64,000 nt of DNA from Roseibacillus sp. (lineage in GTDB: Bacteria > Verrucomicrobiota > Verrucomicrobiia > Verrucomicrobiales > Akkermansiaceae), in assembly GCA_051251855.1 (NCBI GenBank), contig JBPOGI010000007.1:32001-96000 (forward strand), in the 5' to 3' direction. The position numbers and the translations under genes are program-made. Positions 19,296-29,579 of this stretch are shown in pieces. Under the pieces are notes generated by a model. It saw only the letters and a program-made list of their open reading frames with translations, searched no databases and had not been told where the DNA came from. Each line of letters begins with the position of its first letter. Position 1 is the first letter of the stretch.

Positions 19296-20234
19296 ATGTC
19301 TAGCCATCTCACTCTCGGAACACGCGGCAGCGCCCTCGCCCTTTGCCAGGCCGAAATGACCGAAGCCGCCCTTGCCTCCTTTTGCCAGCTCACCCGCCAA
19401 GTCATCGTCACCACCGGTGACAAGCGCACCGACGTCCCTCTCGCCGCTGTGGCTGCGGCCTCCGGAGTCGTCGACAAAGGCGTCTTCATCAAAGAACTAG
19501 AAGTCGCCCTATTGGATGGCGAAATCGATTTCGCCGTCCACTCGCTCAAGGATGTTCCCACCATCCTCGAACCCGAGTTCGAGGTCTGCGCCGTCCTTCC
19601 CCGCGCCCCCACCGGTGATGTCCTCATCACAAGCGGCCCTTCTCTCGGCGAACTACCCGCAGGAGCCACTATCGGAACCTCATCCGTCCGTCGTAAGCTG
19701 CAACTCCTCCACCTTCGCCCTGACCTCAATGTCGTCGACATCCGAGGCAACGTTCCCACCCGTTTACAAAAGGTTGTCGACCAACCCGAACTCGACGGCA
19801 CTATCCTTGCCGAAGCTGGTCTCGTCCGCCTCGGCTACGAAACGAATGGCGCTCTCACCACCGAAGCTGGAGACCCCCTCGCGGCCCACCTTCTCGACGC
19901 TACCGAATTCCTTCCCGCCGCCGGCCAAGGTGCGGTCGCAATGGAAATTCTCAAAAGCAACGATGCCGCCCGAGAAATCCTCCAAAACATCAATCACGAG
20001 GAAACCATGGCGCGCATCACAGCCGAGCGCCACTTCCTCGCCCTCCTCCAAGCCGGCTGCGACACCCCCGTCGGGGTACAATCTTCAGTCACTGGTGACT
20101 CTCTCCAAATGGAAGCTCGAGTTTTCGAAGAGGACGGCAGCCTCCGAGCTAGCAAAGCCATCGGCTCCCTCGGCACTCCAGAGATATTGGCAGATAACCT
20201 CTTCCGATCTCTGGCAAATATCTCTCCCCAATAA
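19296..20234 (+). CDS. hemC: Hydroxymethylbilane synthase (porphobilinogen deaminase)
   Basis: GTRGSALAL, KGVFIKELE, AVHSLKD, GTSSVRR, IRGNV.TRL, PAAGQG and GCDTPVG. Confidence 0.97.
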   Translation: MSSHLTLGTRGSALALCQAEMTEAALASFCQLTRQVIVTTGDKRTDVPLAAVAAASGVVDKGVFIKELEVALLDGEIDFAVHSLKDVPTILEPEFEVCAVLPRAPTGDVLITSGPSLGELPAGATIGTSSVRRKLQLLHLRPDLNVVDIRGNVPTRLQKVVDQPELDGTILAEAGLVRLGYETNGALTTEAGDPLAAHLLDATEFLPAAGQGAVAMEILKSNDAAREILQNINHEETMARITAERHFLALLQAGCDTPVGVQSSVTGDSLQMEARVFEEDGSLRASKAIGSLGTPEILADNLFRSLANISPQ

Positions 20235-20459
20235 CTGGCACGCTAACCACCACAGGGAAACGCTCAAACTACTAAATTCAAGCACTTTACGCTCGTCTCA
20301 CTCACGAAGTGACGCCCATGACAGCAAGAGAAACTTGATGATAAATGTAGAACCCCGCCGGAAACCGCTTTATGTTAGATAACTGGCGAAGTTTCCTTAT
20401 GAAGATTCGTTCTCAAAAGACTGTTAAGATATTCGATTCCAAAACGTTAGTAATTGATA

Positions 20460-23400
20460 ATGAATAAAGCCTTTCTCCCCCATCCCAAACGGCTTGCTTC
20501 CTCTCTGGGCTGCTTCCTTCTATGCCTGTGTTCCGCCTCCGGCGACACTACCATCAATGTTTGGGGCCTGGACCGAGATTCTTTTGGCTCAAACGTGGGC
20601 TCTCAAGGAGCCATTACAACGACAACAGCCGGAAATCGACAAACAGTGACCTACAACGTCACAAATCTGGACCTTGCCGAGGATGGATCGGCCAACGACA
20701 CCCTCACGTTCTCGATCGAAGTAGCGGCTGATGGAGGTACCGTTTCAGGCTATTCGAATGCCGATGGCGACCCTTGGGGCGTCAGCAGCGCTGCTGGCGA
20801 TGCCATCCGCTTAGGGGAAGGTCTTAACTTCAGCCTCCTTTCTTCCGACATCACCTTTGGAACTCAAGGATCAGAAGCAGGACTCGCATTCGTCGGCTTT
20901 ACTGGGGTGAATTCTTGGTTCTCAAATGGCGATGTAGGAAGAATCGCTGGAGCCACTTCCACCGTATCAGGAGACGATTTTGGGACTTCTATCGTGTCAG
21001 GAGGGTCAAACGTCGGAACGGACTTTCAGGAACCAGTCGACCAATTTTTCATTCGTTCCGAAGGACCCGCAGCCAACGGCTTTCATCTCGGAAAACTGAG
21101 ATTAACGTTCAAAGCTTCCCCCTTGAGCACCTTGTCAGGGGTATTGGACCAAATGGAGGCTCACTTGAATGGTTCAAGCACTCTCAATGCTGGGCAGATT
21201 CAGACTCTCAGCACGAATCTGCGAAACAACATCGATATGCTCGGTGCCAGCGAGGACATTTTAGAGCAAGCCATCGCGGTGGTGGAACTCTATGAGGACG
21301 TGCGTGGGAGTATCTTTAGCGGCGGTCAATTCAACCGCGATCAATTCAACAACGTCAATAATGCCCTCAGACAGACTTCATTGGACTTGCAGCAGGGGTT
21401 GATTCTCCATGGTTGGACCCCTCAGAACGTGCAACGCTTTCGAAGCTCTCTGGAGGACAAGCCTTTCTTATCTGCCAACTTCTTCCCGGGAGCAGTAGCC
21501 CCACCAGCGAATCCAAGCGCAGTCTATCAAGTCCAAATCAACGCCGATGTGCCTCGACAATTTGGGTTTCCTCACTTGTTCAAATGGGATGCCACCCGTC
21601 GCCCCACCGGAGCTTATCTCGCCCCAGGGAGCATCGCGGTGGTGACTGTCCCCCCTGAATTGGTCGATAAGGGCTATCAAATTCGAGTCAATGCACACGT
21701 GCACGAACTTGAGCGTTTGTCTTGGTATCGACGAATGGACTACATTTCAAAGGTCTACCCCATTACTTCCGAAACGGTCGAAATTGCCAGTCCCGTCGGA
21801 GGAGGAATTTACATCGATGTCCCCTATGGCTCGGAACATGGCCTTCAGACCATTCAATTCCAGAACATTGTCCGGGCCCCCTTCTATTCGAATACCGTGG
21901 CACGCCAAACGTCCCTTCAAGATTGGTTGGATACCGAGCGGCATCACCCCGCTCCTTGGGCCGACTTTGAGTCCGACGTCTACATGATGACTCTCCCCCG
22001 AGATTGGGTCTACGCTTGGGGGGTGAATAGCGGCGACGACAATCCCGCTTTCTCGATGGACCAGTGGGACGACACCATGGACGTGATCAATCACCTCTAC
22101 GGTTATAAAGAAAAACGTTCCAAGACCACGCTCTATCTCATTGTTGATGTCGCCATCCGAGCGAATGTGTTTTCGCCGGGCTACCCTCAGTCCAACAGCT
22201 CCTTCAATCCAGCGAGTGCCTCCCAAAACGGACGTTCAAGTAACGAAATCCTTAATGGACCCAAATTCTTAGGCTCCGAACAATTGCACGAGCTAGGGCA
22301 TGCCGAGTACTTCACCAAGTTTAATGGAGAAGTCGAAGCGGCAGTCAACATTCCCTACGTGATGGCTCATTACTTTGCCCTGAATGTCTCGATTGACCAA
22401 TCACTGGGACGGTCGGTAGGAGATGCTTCACGAAACGGATGGAGCCGAGACCAGTCGGCCATCCATTGGATGGTCACCGAAGATTTTCGAGAAGGAGTTT
22501 GGAACATGACCAGCCAACAGATGCAGTATCAGCAGCGCGGCTATGCGGACTACGCTGATCTTGCCTACATGTATGGTTTGAACTCGCTACACCGGTTTTG
22601 GTACGGCGACCACGTCGACTACGAAAATGGAATTTCTTATCTACGCAACAGTGACGAGTCCTACAGCCGCATCCAGCGAATGTCGAAAGCTGCTGGCATT
22701 GATCTGAATCCTCTCATGCACTTCTGGGGGAATGCTGCTGGGAGCCACAACAACATGCAGTCTTGGATGGATACGAATAACATCCCCGACTCCCGCCTCA
22801 TTTATGATCGGTTAAAGCACTACCAATCTGTTATTCCCAGCAATCTCACTCAGTTCCGGACTCACAGTAATATCTTCTATTCGCACCTCAATGCGACCGA
22901 CAAAGCCTACTACGACACCATGCGGGCCAATGGCGGATGGGGTCAGGAAGAGCACGATGAGGTCGATGCGCGAGTGCAGTGGATCATCGACCGCTTTTTC
23001 CCGAATGGGCGTCCCAAAATCACAAGCTATCCCCACGTCGCGAACTTCGACGACAATTACAACGAGTGGGGGCACCAAGAAAATGACGATTGGGATTGGC
23101 GCCTACACACCGGCCCCTCCGAGTCTACAACTGCGGGCTCCCTCGGTGCTCCCGATAACTCGCAGTATCTCCTGTTAGAAGGACACGATACCAGTAGCGG
23201 AGAGAAAAAATCGCACATGGATTGTGTCTACGACATGCGTGGCTTGTCAGGTGCGAAACTGACCTTCGACTACCACATGTGTGGTCCGTATGTCGACTCG
23301 CTCTCGGTGGACGTTCATGATGGCACGCAATGGCATGCCGATGTCTGGATCAAAGAAGGTCCCCAACAGCCGACTCCCAGCGATCCGTGGGAATCAGCAA

Positions 23401-24434
23401 CTGTTTCTTTGAGTGCTTTTGTCGGTAACGAACAAGTCGTAGTGCGGTTTCGGGGACAGAAAGCGTTTTGGAACGCCGGCGACATCTCTCTCGATAACGT
23501 TGTCGTTGATGAGGCCGTGAACTATCTCACTCTCCCCTACTCCGAGAGTTTTGAATCTGGTCTCGGCTCTTGGAAACAGGCTACAGGCGAAAACGTGAAT
23601 GGCGAGATGGATTGGACCCGTCACAGTGGCCCCACCGACACAGGGGCAACGGGCCCTTCGCAGGCCTCCGACGGCAGCTGGTTCATTTACTTCGAGGGTC
23701 ATGACAACGGCATTCAGTTTAAAACTGCCTCCATCGACAACTTTTTTGATTTCACCGGAAACTCAAATCCCCAGCTGAAGTTCGACTATCACATGTTCGG
23801 CCCCTACATCGATTTCCTAGCCGTTGATATTCATGATGGAACTGCTTGGACCGATGAAGTCTGGAAGAAAACAGGAGCCCAGCATGGAGCGAGTGAGGAC
23901 GCATGGAGCACGGCTACGGTTGATCTTTCGACTCAGGCAAACCTTCCCAATGTCACTATCCGCTTCCGCGCCAAACAGCAGCGATGGCACGCCGCAGATA
24001 TGGCGGTGGATAACATCTTCGTCGAGAATGTGGATCTCGCTACTCCCTACAGTCTGTGGGCCGCGGTAGCTCTTGCAGGAGCGACTCCAGGCACTGATAT
24101 CACCGAAAGCGGCAATGCCGATGGCGACCGCTATACCAACGTAGAAGAATGGATCTTACTCCTCGATCCCCTCGTTGCCGATCATCCTGTTTTAACAACA
24201 ATGACTACAGCGGGAGGCTTTTCAGTCACCTATGATCGACGCAATGTCGAAAACCCTCAGGTTCGCGCCGCTTGGTCGCGTGACTTACAACCAGGGAGTT
24301 GGAAGTATCATGGAGACGGATTAACAGAGACTCTTCTCCAGACGAACGGAGACGTCGAAACGGTCTCAGCTATTGTCCCCTTCGACGAAGAGAAAAAGTT
24401 CATCCGGCTCGAAGTCTGGACTTCGGCAAACTAA
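20460..24434 (+). CDS. Secreted M60-like zinc metallopeptidase with an unknown N-terminal domain, two MAM domains and a C-terminal sorting-like domain
   Basis: PTGAYLAPG, SPVGGGIYI, APWADFE and HELGH-x10-E; MAM-like units (W..HSGPT..TGP, LxFDYHM.G, D..[LV]DN). Confidence 0.85.
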   Translation: MNKAFLPHPKRLASSLGCFLLCLCSASGDTTINVWGLDRDSFGSNVGSQGAITTTTAGNRQTVTYNVTNLDLAEDGSANDTLTFSIEVAADGGTVSGYSNADGDPWGVSSAAGDAIRLGEGLNFSLLSSDITFGTQGSEAGLAFVGFTGVNSWFSNGDVGRIAGATSTVSGDDFGTSIVSGGSNVGTDFQEPVDQFFIRSEGPAANGFHLGKLRLTFKASPLSTLSGVLDQMEAHLNGSSTLNAGQIQTLSTNLRNNIDMLGASEDILEQAIAVVELYEDVRGSIFSGGQFNRDQFNNVNNALRQTSLDLQQGLILHGWTPQNVQRFRSSLEDKPFLSANFFPGAVAPPANPSAVYQVQINADVPRQFGFPHLFKWDATRRPTGAYLAPGSIAVVTVPPELVDKGYQIRVNAHVHELERLSWYRRMDYISKVYPITSETVEIASPVGGGIYIDVPYGSEHGLQTIQFQNIVRAPFYSNTVARQTSLQDWLDTERHHPAPWADFESDVYMMTLPRDWVYAWGVNSGDDNPAFSMDQWDDTMDVINHLYGYKEKRSKTTLYLIVDVAIRANVFSPGYPQSNSSFNPASASQNGRSSNEILNGPKFLGSEQLHELGHAEYFTKFNGEVEAAVNIPYVMAHYFALNVSIDQSLGRSVGDASRNGWSRDQSAIHWMVTEDFREGVWNMTSQQMQYQQRGYADYADLAYMYGLNSLHRFWYGDHVDYENGISYLRNSDESYSRIQRMSKAAGIDLNPLMHFWGNAAGSHNNMQSWMDTNNIPDSRLIYDRLKHYQSVIPSNLTQFRTHSNIFYSHLNATDKAYYDTMRANGGWGQEEHDEVDARVQWIIDRFFPNGRPKITSYPHVANFDDNYNEWGHQENDDWDWRLHTGPSESTTAGSLGAPDNSQYLLLEGHDTSSGEKKSHMDCVYDMRGLSGAKLTFDYHMCGPYVDSLSVDVHDGTQWHADVWIKEGPQQPTPSDPWESATVSLSAFVGNEQVVVRFRGQKAFWNAGDISLDNVVVDEAVNYLTLPYSESFESGLGSWKQATGENVNGEMDWTRHSGPTDTGATGPSQASDGSWFIYFEGHDNGIQFKTASIDNFFDFTGNSNPQLKFDYHMFGPYIDFLAVDIHDGTAWTDEVWKKTGAQHGASEDAWSTATVDLSTQANLPNVTIRFRAKQQRWHAADMAVDNIFVENVDLATPYSLWAAVALAGATPGTDITESGNADGDRYTNVEEWILLLDPLVADHPVLTTMTTAGGFSVTYDRRNVENPQVRAAWSRDLQPGSWKYHGDGLTETLLQTNGDVETVSAIVPFDEEKKFIRLEVWTSAN

Positions 24435-24449
24435 AGAAAGTAGCTGAGA

Positions 24450-25658
24450 ATGACTCATCTGCGCTCGCTCGCATCTCTTTTGGTAGGGTTCTTATGGGTA
24501 AGCATCCTTCCAATAGCGCAAGGTCATATCATTGATCAGGTCTACGCAGAGCTGAGAACCCAAGGAACAGGCTTCGAAGTCAAAATGGTGATCGACGCCG
24601 GCTATTGCCTTCCTGAATACCGAGGGGACAAGAACGAAAAAGCTCCAGACTCGGCTTGGATTAATGGACTCGACGAAGAAGAGCACGCCAGACTCAGAAG
24701 AGAGGCCGAGAGCTATCTCCGCAAGACGCTCACCTTCTTTCAAAACTCGGAAGAGGTCGCCTACGAGATTACCTTCGAAGACTACGCACAGGAGCCTTAC
24801 AAATTCTATGAATCCATGTTCGGCGCCCCCACACTTCGATTGAATCTGAAGGCTGAATTTCTTCCTGCAGGTGGTGAGCTGCGAGCAAGTTGGCAAGATC
24901 CCTACGAAGCTATCCTTCTCTTCGTCGTGAAGATAAGAACAGAAGAACGAAGAGAAAACATCTCCATCCCCATAGAACCTAAAACGGAAAAGAAGCTGGG
25001 AATTCATGTGGAGCCCTTCCTTGCCCCCGATAATTCGTCCTCGGAAGTGTTAGAAGGCCGAGCAACCAATCCCCTTTCGAAGCGTACGGTCACCACGACC
25101 TCGAAGCCTCTCGGCTGGCTGGACTTCGTGAAGCTCGGCTTTCGCCATGTCATCCCGCAAGGTCTGGATCATATTTTGTTTGTTGTCGGGCTTTTTCTCT
25201 TCAGTCCTAAGTGGCGCCCTCTCCTCCATCAATCTTTAGCCTTCACGGTAGCCCACTCGGTGACCCTTGCCCTCTCGCTTACCGGCCTCGTTGGTTTCTC
25301 AGGCAAGTGGGTCGAAGCCTTGATAGCCTTGTCGATCGTTTATGTGGCGGTCGAAAATCTGCGGACTCAAGAAGAGGAGAAAGTCGAGTGGCCGCGATTG
25401 TTTCTCATCTTTGGCTTTGGGCTCCTCCATGGTCTCGGTTTTGGAGCCATGCTGCGTTTCTTCATGCCCAGCCAAGACGTGATCGCCCCCGTCATTGGAT
25501 TCAACGTCGGAGTTGAATTGGGCCAAATTGCCGTCCTGGCCGTCTGTTTTCTCCTCTTCGGGTGGTTTACCAAGCAATTCAAGTGGATCCGCATTCCAGG
25601 CTCTGTCGTGATCGGCTTAGCTGGACTGATATGGTTCTTTGAACGTGCCTTAGCATGA
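24450..25658 (+). CDS. HupE/UreJ family membrane protein with an N-terminal periplasmic domain
   Basis: GFRHVIPQGLDHILF, AFTVAHSVTL, FGLLHGLGF and GFNVGVELGQ. Confidence 0.9.
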   Translation: MTHLRSLASLLVGFLWVSILPIAQGHIIDQVYAELRTQGTGFEVKMVIDAGYCLPEYRGDKNEKAPDSAWINGLDEEEHARLRREAESYLRKTLTFFQNSEEVAYEITFEDYAQEPYKFYESMFGAPTLRLNLKAEFLPAGGELRASWQDPYEAILLFVVKIRTEERRENISIPIEPKTEKKLGIHVEPFLAPDNSSSEVLEGRATNPLSKRTVTTTSKPLGWLDFVKLGFRHVIPQGLDHILFVVGLFLFSPKWRPLLHQSLAFTVAHSVTLALSLTGLVGFSGKWVEALIALSIVYVAVENLRTQEEEKVEWPRLFLIFGFGLLHGLGFGAMLRFFMPSQDVIAPVIGFNVGVELGQIAVLAVCFLLFGWFTKQFKWIRIPGSVVIGLAGLIWFFERALA

Positions 25659-25746
25659 CCACGCAAGATTCTTGAAAATGCTAAAGTCCGGATAGACGCT
25701 CTAAAACCGAATCTGTTGCTCTCTCTATCAGTGTCCACCTTTCTCC

Positions 25747-28575
25747 CTAAGGAAAAGTCTGTCCGGCGGGAACGAGAATGTAGAAACGCTTTGCGTCCGC
25801 CACATCATCTTCCACAAACGGAGAAGCGGAAACATCTTCCGCAATCGGAGTTCCGAAATTCACGAGGTCTGAAGAGGCATAGACATCAACATCTCCTGAC
25901 GAAGCGAATGAAACGCTGAACATCAATCCAGAATTCGTTCCAGGGGCGCTGCTACAATCAGTGATGACGATACCATCTGTGGCGCGAGGTGGCTCGACGG
26001 CATTGGGGTCAATCACGATGCTCCCCTCATCTTCTTGGGTGTCTACTGTGACATTTCCGGAGAGAGTTAGAACACCCGCTCCCTTTTTCAAAAGAGTGTA
26101 GGGTCCGACAAAGTCGCCTGAAATCACGACATCTTCCCCATTGGTATCAATCACTAGGAAGGAAGTTCCACCACCATCCCAAACGACGTCAGAAGAAATC
26201 GCAGCAAAGTCATCACCTGTCGCGTTGGAAGGTCCCGCAATCGCGCCAAAGCCTGCATTCGCGGAAACGCTTACGAGTGTGAGATCGGGAGTAATGGAAG
26301 CAAGACCATCAATAATGAGGCAACCTTCAGAAACCACAGTAGGCCCATAACTTTCAGGCGCGGTGCCAGCGACTCCAGCCGTGCCAGAGAAACGAAGAAC
26401 TCCCCCTCCCGTTTTGGTAACGGTCTTGGTTGCTGCTCCTTGGTTAACAAGGTCTGCAGAAACAAGAAGGTCAGTGGCTGCGGCTCCATCCTCGACATCA
26501 AAGGTAAAACTCGAACGAATGGTGACGCGACCAGCAATCGTGGACGAATCAGCGCTTGCCTCACTATTGACCGCGGTGCCAATCGCGAATGCAAATTGAC
26601 CAGCTCCACTGGTTTGAATGGTGCTGCCTCGAAGATTGTATTCAATGGCAAATCCATTGTCCCCTCCCGCAAGGTGGTCCACCACTCCGCCATCAAAGAC
26701 GTTCAGCACATCAACCCTCCGGGCCGCATTAAATCCTAGCGCATTTCCGACATTCAAATTGAGAACGCCAGGCCCCGTCACGGTCACCTCTCCCACCAGC
26801 GTGGGAATTGGACCCGCTCCTTGGGCTAACTCAAGCACCCCATCATTAACAAAGGTTCCACCGGTAAAAGTATTGCCCGCTTCAAGAATGACGGTCCCCT
26901 CTCCATTTTTAATCAAACTGGTGGAGCCAACGATACCCGCATCAACGTTAGGAACGAGGGTGTAGTCATTCCCAAGACTGTTGTTAAAAGTGACTGCAGC
27001 TGGCTCAAGTGGCCCAACAAAGTTGTCCAGGGTGACGATTCCTGCCGCCGTATCGGTAAAGGTCACGCTATCATCAGCGAAGAAAAAATCATTGCTACCG
27101 GCATTGTCCCAATTCTGATCCGCCGCAAAGTCATCGCCTACAGACCAGAAGCCGCTACTTCCAAAATTGCTCCATACTAAATCAGCTGCGGCAGCATCTT
27201 GAATCACGAGAGCTGAGCCAGTATCAACTACTTGACCGCGTCCCGTATAGACAAGGTCACTCAAATCTCCCAAGACACTTCCGGTGTAAGTTAAGAGGGT
27301 CAAATCCCCAGTAGGCGTTTCATTCAGATTCAACTCTATCGGCCCCGAAATAATGACATCACCAGAAACCGAAAGAGCACCAGCTGTGACAGTATCGATA
27401 CTAAGCGTCGCATCCGATTCGAGAATCAGATCACCAGTAATCGAACCTTCCCCCGCCAAGGTGCTTTCAACGGTAACTGTTGAACCAAAATCAGACTGCA
27501 AATCAACGGTCCCAGTCGTTATCGTGAGACCGCCGGTAGCACCACCATTGCTTCCGCTCAAGGTCAAGGTTGCGCTCCCTGATTTATTGAGGGGTGCGAT
27601 ACCTACCAAATCCGACGAAATAGTCGCGTCGGCACTCGTCAAAATCTCAGGCGAACTTCCACCCATTGTCAGCGTATCCCCGGCGATTTCGTACCCAGCG
27701 ATTTCGTACGTCAGCGCGTTCGCGGTCACCGGTTCTGCAAGAGTCACTGTTCCCGAGGCACTACCACCAAAGACTGCGCTAGCACCATTCACCCATAGAG
27801 AATCGGCTCCACCTGCGCTGGCATCATCCCAATTGTTAGTGGTTGCTAAATCCCAGCTTCCACTGCCACCGTTGGCATCACTGTCGATATCTGTTCCATC
27901 CCAAAAGAGACTTTGCTCGGCAGTTGTGGACAAGGTGAAGGTCGCCGAAAGGTTATCGACCCCAAAACCATTTCCGCCGTCGGAGATGACTTTGAAGTCC
28001 GGCTGTGGGCTAACAAAGTCGTAAGGATCGTTAGGACCGCCATCGGGGCTTGAGGTAATGCTAATCGGGTTATCATCAATAGTGGTCAAATTGACGGTAT
28101 CCCCACCACCCGGAAAACGGCTGAAGAATCCAGTGAAACCAGAAGAAACAATGACCAGCGACTCACTCGTAGCATCTCCAAAAATAGTCGTTGCTGTTAG
28201 ATTGCTAAAGGTCACTCCCTCGTCTAAGTCGATTTCATTATCGGCAGGATCAGCTGCCCCGTCGACGCCGTATGAATACGCAGCACCAGCCAAAGGGGCT
28301 AGATTGCCATTGATCGAGGTCACGTCGTAGGAAAAGGTCACCTCATCGTTCGCGGTCCCATCCTCAGCAATGTCCAATCCGCTGACCGTGAAAGTATGGG
28401 TCGCGCTCGCCGTCGTTCCGTCTGCCGGAGCAACTACCGCCCCGACTGTGCCAACACTAGAGGTAAAAGCCGCGTTCAGGTCCAGTCCGCTAAGATTGAC
28501 GACCTCTGTTGCGAGCGCCGTGTTTGTAAACACCGGAACAGCCAGTGACAGTAAGAGAGATTTGTTTGGTTTCAT
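25747..28575 (-). CDS. Secreted autotransporter-associated beta-strand-repeat protein (no beta-barrel)
   Basis: Signal peptide; repeats LNKSGSATLTLSG, LIKNGEGTVIL..NTFTGGT.V..G.L, TKTGGGVL and LKKGAGVLTLSG. Confidence 0.88.
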   Translation of the reverse strand: MKPNKSLLLSLAVPVFTNTALATEVVNLSGLDLNAAFTSSVGTVGAVVAPADGTTASATHTFTVSGLDIAEDGTANDEVTFSYDVTSINGNLAPLAGAAYSYGVDGAADPADNEIDLDEGVTFSNLTATTIFGDATSESLVIVSSGFTGFFSRFPGGGDTVNLTTIDDNPISITSSPDGGPNDPYDFVSPQPDFKVISDGGNGFGVDNLSATFTLSTTAEQSLFWDGTDIDSDANGGSGSWDLATTNNWDDASAGGADSLWVNGASAVFGGSASGTVTLAEPVTANALTYEIAGYEIAGDTLTMGGSSPEILTSADATISSDLVGIAPLNKSGSATLTLSGSNGGATGGLTITTGTVDLQSDFGSTVTVESTLAGEGSITGDLILESDATLSIDTVTAGALSVSGDVIISGPIELNLNETPTGDLTLLTYTGSVLGDLSDLVYTGRGQVVDTGSALVIQDAAAADLVWSNFGSSGFWSVGDDFAADQNWDNAGSNDFFFADDSVTFTDTAAGIVTLDNFVGPLEPAAVTFNNSLGNDYTLVPNVDAGIVGSTSLIKNGEGTVILEAGNTFTGGTFVNDGVLELAQGAGPIPTLVGEVTVTGPGVLNLNVGNALGFNAARRVDVLNVFDGGVVDHLAGGDNGFAIEYNLRGSTIQTSGAGQFAFAIGTAVNSEASADSSTIAGRVTIRSSFTFDVEDGAAATDLLVSADLVNQGAATKTVTKTGGGVLRFSGTAGVAGTAPESYGPTVVSEGCLIIDGLASITPDLTLVSVSANAGFGAIAGPSNATGDDFAAISSDVVWDGGGTSFLVIDTNGEDVVISGDFVGPYTLLKKGAGVLTLSGNVTVDTQEDEGSIVIDPNAVEPPRATDGIVITDCSSAPGTNSGLMFSVSFASSGDVDVYASSDLVNFGTPIAEDVSASPFVEDDVADAKRFYILVPAGQTFP

Positions 28576-28844
28576 TTTTTAGTTTTTTTAGTTTGTTCGA
28601 CGGTCGGGAAAAGGGTTCAGCTCCGAGAAGGAGGGCAAATTTCGCAAAGCATTGGTCCAGTGGATTTTGCAGCGATAGAAAAACTATGAATCCATTTTCA
28701 CCTCAATAGACTTGAGAAAAATGAGCCGAACACCGAAATGAACCTCTCATACAGTTCTCAGGAGACGCTGCTTTCCCGCCCATCAACGCCCCCCACGAAA
28801 AGGCTGTTCCTTGCGAAAGGAACGACTTTTGAAAAGGCAGTCTT

Positions 28845-29579
28845 CTATTTACGGCGACGAAGCAGACCGAGGAGGCCAAGACCGCCTAAAAGTGCTGCAG
28901 ATGGCTCAGGGATTGGAGTTGCCGTGAGCTGAAAATCGAGATGGCCCAGGTAATAACCATTTCCGGCAGTAGGGTCGCTATCTACGGAAAATGAGGGAGC
29001 TAAAGCATCAAAGTTACTGGTGGCGTTTCCTCCGTTGCCATGCAAAATAGCCCCTCCCTTGGGAGTGTTTCCGTTGGTTCCAGGCGCGATCGTGGCACCG
29101 GTAATTGTGGGAACATCGCCCCCTCCAGTATACCAACTTGAAAGCCCGGTGAAGCCATCGAAGGTGATTGTGGCCGCTCCAGGAGCATCGCCAAAAGCAA
29201 CAGCAAAAGAATCAAGGGCGAACGAAAGCCCCTCGCCTGGGTCAATCTCAGCATCGACCCAGCCAGTAACTCCCCATTCCCCGCCAGCAGCATTGATGTC
29301 GTCGATCACGTTTCCACCCGTAGCAGAGATGAGGATGGAGACAGTAAGAGTATCATTGGCGCTCATGTCCTCAGCCAAGTCCAAGCCGGAGATTTGATAG
29401 GTCACTAACTGAGTCGTCGATTGCGCTCCAGCGGTAGTCGCGCCTGCAGTTCCCACGGAAGTGGCAAAAGAATCAGTACCTGCGTCTGTTACGGCCACAA
29501 CAGTAACCGCATTCGCCTGCATACAAGGAAGGCACGCCACGGCAGCTAGAATAAAGAAAGGGTTTGGTTTAGCTTTCAT
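28845..29579 (-). CDS. PEP-CTERM sorting-domain protein
   Basis: Signal peptide and C-terminal IPEPSAALLGGLGLLGLLRRRK. Confidence 0.95.
   Translation of the reverse strand: MKAKPNPFFILAAVACLPCMQANAVTVVAVTDAGTDSFATSVGTAGATTAGAQSTTQLVTYQISGLDLAEDMSANDTLTVSILISATGGNVIDDINAAGGEWGVTGWVDAEIDPGEGLSFALDSFAVAFGDAPGAATITFDGFTGLSSWYTGGGDVPTITGATIAPGTNGNTPKGGAILHGNGGNATSNFDALAPSFSVDSDPTAGNGYYLGHLDFQLTATPIPEPSAALLGGLGLLGLLRRRK

Noticed and set aside
25747..28575. Classical autotransporter
   Set aside because: It has passenger-type repeats but no C-terminal beta-barrel.
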